Assembly: GCA_964485035.1 (NCBI GenBank) | Contig: CAZAIE010000001.1 | Span: 1-35,160, forward strand | Length of the DNA stretch: 35,160 nucleotides | Reading direction: 5' to 3' | Source: an uncultured Myxococcaceae bacterium | GTDB taxonomy: Bacteria > Myxococcota > Myxococcia > Myxococcales > UBA5297 | Shown: piece by piece, positions 16,938 through 26,077 of the stretch | How positions within the stretch are numbered: the first letter of the stretch is position 1 | Layout of the letters: every line of letters begins with the position of its first letter | Position numbers and translations under genes: made by a program | Notes under the pieces: model-generated | What the model saw: only the letters and a program-made list of their open reading frames with translations | Told to the model about the DNA's origin: nothing | Databases searched by the model: none

Positions 16938-16957
16938 GGGGCCCGTTGCCGGGCCCC
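16938..16957. terminator. GC-rich hairpin between convergent genes (bidirectional terminator candidate)
   Basis: ggggcccg-ttgc-cgggcccc: an 8-bp perfect stem with a 4-nt loop, between the stops at 16875 (+) and 16990 (-). Confidence 0.45.
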
Positions 16958-16989
16958 CCTGCTTCACCGTGTAGCTGTCCTGCCGCTCG

Positions 16990-17244
16990 CTACGCCATGC
17001 GGCGCTGCGTGGCATACATCTCGATGCCCTTGCGCGCCTCGGCCTTGTTGGTCGCGGGCGCAGTGGCGACGCAGTACAGCGGGCAGCGGACACAGGTGAA
17101 GCTGTTCCACCCCTTCTTGACCGCCTCGTCGAGGCAGTCGTCGTAGTGGTTGCAGAACAGATTCCTCTGGAACTCCACCGAAGCGTGCTTGCCGCTCGGC
17201 TCAGGGTTGATCGTGTTCTGCAGCTCGCTGGGGAATGGCTTCAT
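16990..17244 (-). CDS. Small Cys-rich protein, 84 aa (putative metal-binding; function unknown)
   Basis: An internal ATG at 17244 is preceded by a strong RBS (acAAGGAGAAGGtcgacaATG). MKPFPSELQNTINPEPSGKHASVEFQRNLFCNHYDDCLDEAVKKGWNSFTCVRCPLYCVATAP... has five Cys including CxxC. The 58 residues upstream in the track ORF are R/G-rich junk. Confidence 0.7.
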   Translation of the reverse strand: MKPFPSELQNTINPEPSGKHASVEFQRNLFCNHYDDCLDEAVKKGWNSFTCVRCPLYCVATAPATNKAEARKGIEMYATQRRMA

Positions 17245-17574
17245 TGTCGACCTTCTCCTTGTCCCCCGGTTCGCTCCCGGCCTGCTTCCGTTCGCACACC
17301 TCCACCACTGGTCGCCCCCCCGGGCGGCTGTCTCTTCCCCGACCTTCCGGATTCTCTTCCGGCGGGTGGTGCATCCAGCGTGACGTCCGACGTCTCTGCA
17401 ACACGTCCGGCCCGCCACGTCTTCCTGCTCCCGACCCCTGCCTCAAAGTTCACGTCGAACAGCCCGGCAATACTGCTTGACACAGAAAGCCAAAGTCAAC
17501 TCGTCGCCCCCCTTGGGTACCGCTAACGACGGGGGAGTGCAGCGACAGAGCGGTATTATCGGCGGCCACTTCCC

Positions 17575-19629
17575 ATGGTTGCTTCCGCTCCGATCTTTTT
17601 TCTCGCCGCCCTGGCGGGGGCGCCCGCGTCGAGCGGCGATGCCCTCCAGAAGGCACTGGGCTTCTTCAAGTCGCAGGACTTCGCCGCGGCGGCCGCGACG
17701 CTCGCACCCGGCAAGGGCGGGCAGCGGTGCGGTCCCCCGCTCGAGTCCTACTGCGCCTACTACCGGGGGGAGGCGCTGTTCTACGCCGGACGCTTCGAAG
17801 AGGCGGCCGGGGAGTTCCGCGCCGCCCGGAAGCTCGAGGAATCCGCGGCCACCGTGGGCCCGCTGGTGAACAGGGCGCTCTCGCGCGAGGGCGAGGCCCA
17901 CTGGCGCGCCGGAGCCGCAGCAGAGGCCGTCGAGTGCCTGCGCGAGGCCGTGAAGACCGAACCCACGCCCGAGCGACGCCTCTCGCTCGCGGAGGCGCTC
18001 GTCGCCGAGGCCCGAACGGGGTTCCCTGCCGAAGCCGTGGCCGAGTGGCGGCGGCTGTACGTCGAGCACCCTGAGCACCCGACCTCGGAGCTCGCGCGAC
18101 AGAGGCTCGAGGACGCCAAGGCGCTCACGACGCTGAAGGTGACAGACCACCTCTCACGCGGGGAGCGACTCCTCGCGGTCGGGCTGCCCGGGCGCGCCCT
18201 GCCCGCCATCCACCGCGCGATGGGCCAGGCGAGGACACCCGGAGAGGAGTACCGGGCGGAGCTGGCGCTGGGGCGGATCATGTCCGGGCTGCGCGAGGGA
18301 GAGCGTGCCGAGGCCCACTATCGGGCGGTAGCAGTTCCGGAGGCCCCGAAGGGCCTGCAGATCGACGCGCTGCTCGCTCTGGGGCGGGCAGCGATGGCCC
18401 GCGGCGCCGCGAAGGAAGCAGCAGAGCGGCTGGACGACCTCGTGCGCCGGTTCCCGACCGATCCCGGGGCCGACGAAGCGGCGTTCCTCTCGGCTTGGAC
18501 CCGGTTCAACACCGGGGACTACGCCGGCTGCGCCGAGCGGTTCACGCCGTTCGTCGCCGAGCGGGGCAAGTCGAAGCGCGGCGACGAGGGGCTCTGGTAC
18601 CTGGGGCTCTGCCGCCGGCTCGCCGGAGATGCCAAGGGCTCGGACGAGGCGCTGGTGGAGTTGGAGAAGGCCGGCACGCGCTGGGCGGCGCAGGCGCTGT
18701 ACTGGCGCGCCCGGAACGCAAAGGGACCGAAGGCCCAAGAGGGGCTGTACCGACAGGCCGCGCGTCGGGCACCGGCGTCCTGGTACGCGCTGCTGGCACG
18801 GCGCCGGCTCGCCGAGCTGGGCGTGGCCGACGAGCCCTGGGGAGCACAGGCGGCCGAGGCCGCCGCGGCGAGCTTCGTGGGAGAGCGTGAGGAGCGTGCA
18901 GCGCTGCTCGCGCGCATCGGGCTGGCGTGGGATGCGGCCGCGGAGATGACGGTCGCCGTGAAGGCCGTGAAGAGCCCCGCGGACGCAGAGAGGCTGGCGG
19001 CGGCGTGCGCGTCGATGGGGCTCTGGGGAAAGGCGTACCAGGTCGCGAACGCGCGGCTGTGGGGCCTGGCTTTCGATCAGAAGAAGCCCGCAGCGCTGGG
19101 GATGCTCTACCCGCGGGCGCATGCCGAGGCGGTGCGGTCAGCCGCAGCGGTCGTGGGACTCGACCCCCACTTCGCGTGGGCGATCATGCGACGCGAGTCG
19201 GCGTTCGACCCGCTGGCGCTTTCCACCGCGCGGGCATTCGGGCTCATGCAGCTGCTCGCGCCGACCGCGACCAAGATTGCCCACCTGGCGGGCGAGCCAG
19301 AGCCGGACTTCGAGGCGCTGCAGCGGCCGGAGCGAATCCTCCCGCTCGCGACTTGGTACCTGGCCGAGCTGACCGGGCGGTTCGGACACGCGGCGCTGGC
19401 GGCGGCGGCCTACAACGGCGGGCCCAATGCGGTCACGCGCTGGCTGGGAGACCGGGGAGGACGGCCGCTGGACGAGTTCGTGGAGACCATCCCCTACAAG
19501 GAGACGCGGCTCTACGTGAAGAACGTCCTGGCCGACTACTTCGCCTACCGCGCCCTCTGGGGAGCGACCGAGAAGGCGCTGCCGTTCCTGGATGAGTTGC
19601 CGGAGGCGAAAGCAGGCGCGGCGTTCTGA
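17575..19629 (+). CDS. slt: Soluble lytic murein transglycosylase (Slt70-like; helical/TPR-like N-domain plus SLT catalytic domain)
   Basis: N-terminal signal-like MVASAPIFFLAALAGAPASSG, then a long helical-repeat region. C-terminal SLT motifs: FAWAIMRRESAFDPLALSTARAFGLMQLLAPTA...AAYNGGPNAV. Confidence 0.9.
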   Translation: MVASAPIFFLAALAGAPASSGDALQKALGFFKSQDFAAAAATLAPGKGGQRCGPPLESYCAYYRGEALFYAGRFEEAAGEFRAARKLEESAATVGPLVNRALSREGEAHWRAGAAAEAVECLREAVKTEPTPERRLSLAEALVAEARTGFPAEAVAEWRRLYVEHPEHPTSELARQRLEDAKALTTLKVTDHLSRGERLLAVGLPGRALPAIHRAMGQARTPGEEYRAELALGRIMSGLREGERAEAHYRAVAVPEAPKGLQIDALLALGRAAMARGAAKEAAERLDDLVRRFPTDPGADEAAFLSAWTRFNTGDYAGCAERFTPFVAERGKSKRGDEGLWYLGLCRRLAGDAKGSDEALVELEKAGTRWAAQALYWRARNAKGPKAQEGLYRQAARRAPASWYALLARRRLAELGVADEPWGAQAAEAAAASFVGEREERAALLARIGLAWDAAAEMTVAVKAVKSPADAERLAAACASMGLWGKAYQVANARLWGLAFDQKKPAALGMLYPRAHAEAVRSAAAVVGLDPHFAWAIMRRESAFDPLALSTARAFGLMQLLAPTATKIAHLAGEPEPDFEALQRPERILPLATWYLAELTGRFGHAALAAAAYNGGPNAVTRWLGDRGGRPLDEFVETIPYKETRLYVKNVLADYFAYRALWGATEKALPFLDELPEAKAGAAF

Positions 19630-19677
19630 ACCTGACAGCCGTCTTGATGGCCGCTCGGTAGCGTCCCGTGAAAGCAG

Positions 19678-19709
19678 CGGAGGGTCCTTCCAACTCGAAG
19701 GACCCTCCG
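19678..19709. terminator. Strong hairpin between convergent genes (bidirectional terminator candidate)
   Basis: cggagggtccttc-caactc-gaaggaccctccg: a 13-bp perfect stem with a 6-nt loop, between the slt stop (19629) and the stop of the minus-strand CBM20 fragment (19734). Confidence 0.6.
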
Positions 19710-19733
19710 TGCTCACTCGAATGCCGCTCTCGC

Positions 19734-20690
19734 TCAGGGGTTCGTATACGTCGTCCGCGCCCCCATCGAGCCGGACGGATCCGGTCGGTCCGCAAACACG
19801 TCCACGATGACCATCTTCCCGTCCCCGTTGGTGTCGTCGACCGTGAAGCCGCGGTTGGTCAGCGGGAACTCCTCCGAGGCCCCCCAGCCGTCGTCGAGCT
19901 TTCCGATCGTGTACTTGTAGTTCACCGCCGTGAGCGGTGGCACCAGCAGCCGGAAGGTCCAGTAGTTGTCCAAGGCCGTCGCGTCGCCGAGGGTAGTCCC
20001 GTCGTCCGACATCCCGATGGAGTTGGGCTTCCAGTTCCCCAACTCCGCGAGGCTGCCCACAATGAACGCCTTCCCGGTGCCGGCCGGCGGCGGCGGGTTG
20101 TCGATGGGCTTCACCGCGGTGAGCGGCAGCTTGGTCCCGGTGGCGTCGAGGATGAACGTGACCTCGACCATGCGCGAGCGGTCCTGGAAGAGCACCGTGG
20201 CGTTCGCGTTCGGGAAGCGATCCAGCTCCGCGGTGCTCGAACCCGCGGTGACCACCATCTCCAGCGGATCCATCGTTGCGGGCGTCGCGGAGTAGAGGAA
20301 GTTGAGCGCCGCATACGGGATGCCCACCTCGAGGACGTCGGTGCTCGCCGCAGTGGCGAACCCGACGGTGATGGTGGCCTCGGCCGCCGGTGCAGCCCAC
20401 GCACCGTCCGCGACGGCCGCAAGCTTGGCGACGGGCGCCGTCCCGGAGAAGTCGATGGTGACTTCACGGGCCGCGCCGCCCGCAGTCATCGCGATGGCCG
20501 CGCCGGTCCGGGTCTTGGCCAGGAACGGGTCCTGGACCACCGGGGTCGCCAGGTGCTTCTGCGAGAAGTACAGCCGGACCTGGAAGTCGGTCCCCACGCG
20601 GGTCGCGAGGTTCTCGTTCATGCGCAGGCCCACGTTCACGCCGGTCGCGCTGACCCCGTGGTAGACGACGCCGAGCACGTCCTTCGCGCT
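19734..20690 (-). pseudogene. C-terminal fragment of a carbohydrate-active protein carrying a CBM20-like starch-binding module; the N-terminus is missing
   Basis: Natural sequence runs from about ...DVLGVVYHGVSATGVNVGLRMNEN... to the stop. CBM20-like signature: KAFIVGSLAELGNWKPN...YWTFRLLVPP...VNYKYTIG...EEFPLTNRGFTV (about nt 19800-20060). There is no signal peptide or credible start/RBS. The track's first roughly 18 residues (MWCSTAARRKRVSCPSWP) are the antisense shadow of the permease gene. The left junction lies somewhere in 20665-20731. Confidence 0.6.
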
Positions 20691-20730
20691 GGGCCAGCTG
20701 GGGCAGCTCACCCGCTTCCGCCGCGCCGCG

Positions 20731-21612
20731 GTGGAGCACCACACCGCCTACCTCTACCTGTCGCCCGCGATGATCGGCATGCTGGTGCTGGTCTTCATCC
20801 CGGTGGTGTACGGCATCGTGCTCGGCTTCATGGAGCGCCGGTACAACCTCTTCGAGTTCGCGGGGCTCTCGAACTACGCGACCATCCTCGGCGACTTCAA
20901 CGTCACCCACCCGCAGAACTTCTACTTCAAGCTCGCGGTCACGGTGGCCTGGACGGTCATCAACGTCTCGCTGCACGTGAGCATCGGCCTCTTCCTGGCG
21001 CTCTTGCTCAACGACCAGATGCTCAAGGCCCGCGGCTTCTTCCGCGCCATCCTGGTCATCCCCTGGGCGCTGCCGAACTACATCACCTCGCTGATCTGGA
21101 AGGGGATGTTCCACAAGCAGTTCGGCGCGGTGAACTTCTTCCTCGAGGGGCTGGGCGTCGAGCCGGTCGCCTGGTTCCAGAACTTCGGGACCTCGTTCAC
21201 CACCAACGTGGTGACCAACACCTGGCTCGGCTTCCCCTTCATGATGGTCATCTCGCTGGGGGCGCTGCAGAGCATCCCGGCGGACCTCTACGAGGCGGCC
21301 GAGGTGGACGGCGCGACGCGCTGGCAGCGCTTCTGGAACATCACCCTGCCGCTGCTGCGGCCGGCGCTGGTCCCCGCGGTCATCGTGGGCACGGTGTGGA
21401 CCTTCAACGCCTTCAACATCATCTACCTGGTGAGCGGTGGCGCCCCCAACGGCGCGACCGACATCCTCATCACCGACGCGTTCCGCTGGGCGTTCGAGCG
21501 CGACCGCTACGGCTACGCTGCGGCGTACTCCACGCTCATCTTCCTGGTCCTCATCTTCTTCACGCTGGCCACCAACCGCCTCACCAAGGCGACGAAAGGG
21601 GCCTACGAATGA
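20731..21612 (+). CDS. CUT1-family sugar ABC transporter permease (MalF-like); the 5' end is probably clipped
   Basis: ...AYLYLSPAMIGMLVLVFIPVVYGIVLGF..., six TM segments, EAA loop YEAAEVDGATRWQRFWNITLPLLRPAL. The frame is open and GC3-rich from 20665 (…LGQLGQLTRFRRAAVEHHTAY), but the only ATG/GTG/TTG start is GTG at 20731. The expected basic N-terminal region therefore appears to lack a start codon. Confidence 0.7.
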   Translation: MEHHTAYLYLSPAMIGMLVLVFIPVVYGIVLGFMERRYNLFEFAGLSNYATILGDFNVTHPQNFYFKLAVTVAWTVINVSLHVSIGLFLALLLNDQMLKARGFFRAILVIPWALPNYITSLIWKGMFHKQFGAVNFFLEGLGVEPVAWFQNFGTSFTTNVVTNTWLGFPFMMVISLGALQSIPADLYEAAEVDGATRWQRFWNITLPLLRPALVPAVIVGTVWTFNAFNIIYLVSGGAPNGATDILITDAFRWAFERDRYGYAAAYSTLIFLVLIFFTLATNRLTKATKGAYE

Positions 21613-22037
21613 GCAGCGCGACCCCGCTGGAGAAACGCCCGTTCCGGCTGGAGGACGCGGCCAAGCTCATCTTCCTGAGCCTGTTCTCGCTCTTCACCGT
21701 CTACCCGGTGCTGTGGGTCTTCAAGATGGCCTTCTCGCCGGCGCAGGGGTTCGACTCCTCGCTGAACCCCATCCCCTCGAACCCCTCGCTGTCCAACTTC
21801 GCGCACCTGTTCTTCGAGCGGCCGTTCGTCACCTGGCTGTTCAACAGCGCGCTGGTGAGCGCGGCGACGACGCTCCTGGGCGTGTTCCTGGCCTGCACCG
21901 CCGCCTACGCGCTCAGCCGGTTCCGCTTCCCGGGGCGGGCGACGATGATGCTGTCCTTCCTGGTGACCCAGATGTTCCCGGGCGTCCTGATGATGATCCC
22001 GCTGTACCTCATCATGGACACCCTGGGGCTGCTGGAC
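21609..22037 (+). pseudogene. CUT1-family sugar ABC permease (MalG-like), 3'-truncated after about 143 codons
   Basis: ATGA overlap with the upstream permease stop. MSSATPLEKRPFRLEDAAKLIFLSLFSLFTVYPVLWVFKMAFSP...LVTQMFPGVLMMIPLYLIMDTLGLLD; the frame then continues as R/G/H-rich junk (antisense of the next gene) to 22586. The EAA loop and last TM helices are absent. Confidence 0.7.
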
Positions 22038-22559
22038 CTGCTCGTCGAGGTCCGCGTACCACGTGCCGTTCGCCGGGTCCTGTGCGCGCGCGATGAGCCA
22101 CTCGGTCCCCGCCCGCGCCAGCTCGAGCAGCGACTCGTCTCCGGTGAGCATGTAGCCGATGGAGTACGTGAAGACCTGCCGACCGATCATCCGCGGCTTG
22201 CGGTCCGTCGCCACCACCCGGCCGTCCATGCCGCGGGTCGTGGGGAAGTTGCCGACGGGGCTGCCCTTGGCCACGTTCATGGTCCAGTACGGCAGCAGCT
22301 CGTCGGTCAGGTGCTGCGTCCAGAACTGCGGCGTCAGCTTGGTGAGCGGGAAACCCGTGTCGGGGGCCCCGGCGTCCGGCTCGGCTGCGGCGTCGGGCGC
22401 ACCCCCCGCATCGGGCGCGTCACCCGCGTCGCTGACGACCTGCGCGGCGTCCTCGCCCGCAAGGCTCGCATCCAGCTCGACGTCCTTGGGGTTGCAGGCG
22501 ACCAGCCCGAGGAGGAGCGCGAAGACCAGCGACCAGCGCAGCAGGAGACGGGGGTTCAT
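22038..22559 (-). pseudogene. N-terminal fragment (about 173 aa) of a lipoprotein with an AGE / (alpha/alpha)6-barrel-like domain; the C-terminal part is missing
   Basis: MNPRLLLRWSLVFALLLGLVAC has a lipobox and is followed by a low-complexity D/A/P linker. Then FWTQHLTDELLPYWTMNV...RMIGRQVFTYSIGYMLTGDESLLELARAGTEWLIARAQDPANGTWYADLDEQ. After this point the track ORF (down to 21603) becomes H/R/E/Q junk antisense to the MalG-like gene. The family call is motif-level only. Confidence 0.55.
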
Positions 22560-22696
22560 CCGCGCTCACCATCCAGTCTGCGGTGAAGGTCATCCAACCT
22601 GCCGGACAGCTCCCGGGACCGCAGACCCAGTTCCGTCCGGCCTTGCTCCAGATGCCACTGTGACGGTAGCGCGCCCGCGGGGCCTGCGCTGCCTCC

Positions 22697-23575
22697 TCAA
22701 GCCCCCATCCCCACCGCCCGCCCGATGGCCGCGACGATGGCCTCGCCATCGCGGCGCACCGTCGACTTCCCGACCCCCTTCACCTTCTCCAGCTCCTCGC
22801 AAGTCCGCGGCAGCCGCCTCGCCAGCTCGAGGATGGCCTCGTCCCCGTAGATCTTGAACGGGGGTCGGTCCGCGGCCTGCGCCCGCTCCTCACGCAGCAG
22901 GTACAGCCTCCGCACCACCTCGCACGACGCCGGCTCGAGCCCACGCACCCCGCGGATCTTCCGGTACCCCTCTGGATCGAACCGCTTGGGGCGCGGCTCG
23001 CACGCGGCCTGTCGCTGGAACAGCTTCTGCGCCGCGGCAGCCCTGCCCTCCGCCTGCAGCCGCTCCCCGAGCCGGTCCCGCAGCGGCAGGAGATAGCGCG
23101 TGTCGGTGTGCGCGTAGGCGAGCTGCTCCGCGCTCAGCGGCCGCCGTCCCCAGTCCGAGCGCTGGTGCTCCTTGGCGAGCACCACCCCGAACTCCCGACG
23201 GACCAGCGCCGCGAGCCCCAGCTCCGGGCAGCCCAGCACCTTCGCCGCCAGCATGGTGTCGAACAGCCGCGGAAAGCGGACCCCGAAGTCGCGCTTCAGC
23301 GTCCGCACGTCGTAGTCCGCCGCGTGCGTCACCAGCTCGAGCCCCTGGGTCGCGAAGAGCGACCGCAGTGCCGGTCCCAGCTCAACCTTGAGCGGGTCGA
23401 GCGCGTAGTCCGCCTCGCGCGTCGAGACCTGCACCAGGCAGACCCGCTCGAAGTACGCGTGGAAGCTGTTGCTCTCGGTGTCCAGGGCGAGCGCAGGCTC
23501 CGCCGCGAGCCGCGGCAGGAGCAGCGCGAGCGCCTCCGCGGTCTCGATGAGCTGCGTGGGCCGCTGTGGCTCCAT
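22697..23575 (-). CDS. rnd: Ribonuclease D (DEDD 3'-5' exonuclease plus HRDC)
   Basis: The internal ATG at 23575 is preceded by GGAGG (5-nt spacing). MEPQRPTQLIETAEAL...LALDTESNSFHAYFERVCLVQVST...HAADYDVRTLKRDFG...AYAHTDTRYLLPL are the Exo I-III motifs. The C-terminal region is HRDC-like. Confidence 0.88.
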   Translation of the reverse strand: MEPQRPTQLIETAEALALLLPRLAAEPALALDTESNSFHAYFERVCLVQVSTREADYALDPLKVELGPALRSLFATQGLELVTHAADYDVRTLKRDFGVRFPRLFDTMLAAKVLGCPELGLAALVRREFGVVLAKEHQRSDWGRRPLSAEQLAYAHTDTRYLLPLRDRLGERLQAEGRAAAAQKLFQRQAACEPRPKRFDPEGYRKIRGVRGLEPASCEVVRRLYLLREERAQAADRPPFKIYGDEAILELARRLPRTCEELEKVKGVGKSTVRRDGEAIVAAIGRAVGMGA

Positions 23576-23588
23576 CGCGGCCTCCGGC

Positions 23589-24515
<927 letters not shown>

Positions 24516-24670
24516 GTGTGCCTCACTGTCGTTTTTGGACGCACATACCTACCCGACCGATGCCGGGAAGTACACGCGAGTCGTCGTGGCCCCGGAGGGG
24601 GGAAGGACCTGACGAGGAGCGCGCGACGCGCTATCCTTCCGCGCACTCACGACACCGCCGCAGGAGCCCC

Positions 24671-25633
24671 ATGTCCGCCAGCGTCGCGAATGAGTTCGAG
24701 CACCGGATGTCGCGGTACGCCCATGAATTGAAAGACTTTTTGGAGCGGCTGCCCCGGAACTTGAAGCGCGGGAAGATCGAACAGGCGAAGGAGCAGTGCC
24801 AGAAGTTGGTGGACGAGCTGCCGCACGCCAAGGAAGAGGCGTCGTGGGCGGCATCGTGGGCGAAGTTCCGGGCGGCGCTGGTCGAGCTGAACCGGTCGCT
24901 GGACGGCAAGACGGCCAAGGCCTACGTGCAGACCAAGTACGACGAGGCCGCGCGCGCCTACGAGCACTGGGTGGCGACCCGCCGGGCCGCCTCGAAGACC
25001 GGCGAGCAGAAGATGGCGAACCTGGGGGCGCTCAAGCCGCTCATCGGGGCGCGGTCGACCTTCCACATGAGCTCGGGACTGGTGTGCTTCGTCCTGTACC
25101 AGTTCCTGCTGACGCGCTGGCAGGCCGAGCTGGTGCTGCTCTCGGTGCTGGGCGTCTTCGGCGCGCTGGAGCTGACCCGGCGGTTCTCGGGGAGGTGGAA
25201 CAAGTTCCTGACCGACCGCGTGTTCCACTCCATCGCGCGCCCGCGCGAGTTCTACAAGGTGAACTCCTCGACGCTGTACGTCGCGGCGCTGGCGCTGCTG
25301 ACCCCGGTGTTCAGTCGCGAGGCGGTGCTCTGCGGCGTGCTGATCCTGGCGTTCGGAGATCCCGCGGCCGCGTGGATCGGCCGGCGCTGGGGCCGGGTGA
25401 AGCTGTACCAATCCAAGAGCGTGGTCGGCTCACTGGCGTTCGTGGTGACGGGCACGCTGGTGACCACGGCGTTCCTGGCGATCTTCTACTCGCACCTGTC
25501 CCTGGAGCAGCGCCTGCTGGCGTCGGTCATGGCGTCGGTCGCCGGCTCGGCGGCAGAGGTCTTCAGCCACCGGCTGGATGACAACCTGACCATCCCCATC
25601 GCATCGGTGCTGGTCGCGGCGCTGTTTCTCTGA
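24671..25633 (+). CDS. Membrane protein of the CTP-dependent polyprenol/phytol/dolichol kinase (cytidylyltransferase-like) family with an N-terminal soluble helical domain
   Basis: ATG at 24671 is preceded by AGGAG (4-5 nt). About 110 aa of charged helical N-terminus are followed by TM helices and LAFGDPAAAWIGRRWGRVKLYQSKSVVGSLAFVV...AEVFSHRLDDNLTIP. Confidence 0.7.
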   Translation: MSASVANEFEHRMSRYAHELKDFLERLPRNLKRGKIEQAKEQCQKLVDELPHAKEEASWAASWAKFRAALVELNRSLDGKTAKAYVQTKYDEAARAYEHWVATRRAASKTGEQKMANLGALKPLIGARSTFHMSSGLVCFVLYQFLLTRWQAELVLLSVLGVFGALELTRRFSGRWNKFLTDRVFHSIARPREFYKVNSSTLYVAALALLTPVFSREAVLCGVLILAFGDPAAAWIGRRWGRVKLYQSKSVVGSLAFVVTGTLVTTAFLAIFYSHLSLEQRLLASVMASVAGSAAEVFSHRLDDNLTIPIASVLVAALFL

Positions 25634-25699
25634 GTCGAAGCGAGAGACGAAAGTCGGACGCGCGGGACGCCCGCCGCCACAGTGCTCCATTCGTGCTCG

Positions 25700-26041
25700 C
25701 TACGACGCCCACTTGCCGCACTTGACGCAGTTTTCCTTCTTCGACCCGAAGCCGCAGTCGCTGCAGACGAACGCGGGCTTGCCCTGCGAGCCCACCCACT
25801 TGCCGCAGCGCACGCAGTTGTCCTGCTTGGAGCCGAACCCGCAATCCCCGCACGTCCGCGCCGGGATCTTCGTGGAGCCCATCCACTTCCCACACTTGGC
25901 GCAGTTGTCCTTCTTCGAGCCGAAGCTGCAGTCGCCGCAGAGCTGCGCCTTGTAGTGCGCCGCATAGGTCTTCCCCGCGATCGAGAGCGCCGCGGGCACG
26001 AAGATCATGCTGGTGAGGAACTGCCGACGGGTGGTTGCCAT
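25700..26041 (-). CDS. Small Tat-signal protein (113 aa) with three tandem CxxC-x9-CxxC mini-zinc-ribbon/rubredoxin-knuckle repeats
   Basis: Very strong RBS (GAGGAGGGAAGGcaATG). MATTRRQFLTSMIFVPAALSIAGKTYA carries a twin-arginine motif (TRRQFL). The repeats are LCGDCSFGSKKDNCAKCGKW / TCGDCGFGSKQDNCVRCGKW / VCSDCGFGSKKENCVKCGKW with a 29-aa period: 12 Cys in a mature peptide of about 86 aa. Confidence 0.85.
   Translation of the reverse strand: MATTRRQFLTSMIFVPAALSIAGKTYAAHYKAQLCGDCSFGSKKDNCAKCGKWMGSTKIPARTCGDCGFGSKQDNCVRCGKWVGSQGKPAFVCSDCGFGSKKENCVKCGKWAS
25709..25939 (-). repeat. Three imperfect 87-bp tandem repeats encoding the Cys-rich modules
   Basis: The periodicity shows in both DNA and protein (CG[DS]C.FGSK..NC..CGKW x3). 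Confidence 0.75.
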
Positions 26042-26077
26042 TGCCTTCCCTCCTCTTGCGCCCCGGTTCGGGCGGGC

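Noticed and set aside
20621-20623. ATG (MNENLATRVG...) as a possible genuine start of the CBM20-containing ORF
   Set aside because: There is no Shine-Dalgarno-like sequence upstream (gtgggcctgcgcATG). The upstream in-frame residues (DVLGVVYHGVSATGVNVGLR) look like genuine coding sequence, and a CBM20 protein would be expected to carry a secretion signal. I therefore kept it as a 5'-truncated fragment.
19668-22586. 972-aa plus-strand ORF spanning the whole sugar locus
   Set aside because: Only codons from 21609 to about 22037 (the MalG-like fragment) look real. The upstream part is antisense junk over the CBM20 fragment and out of frame with the MalF-like gene, and the downstream part is antisense junk over the AGE-like fragment.
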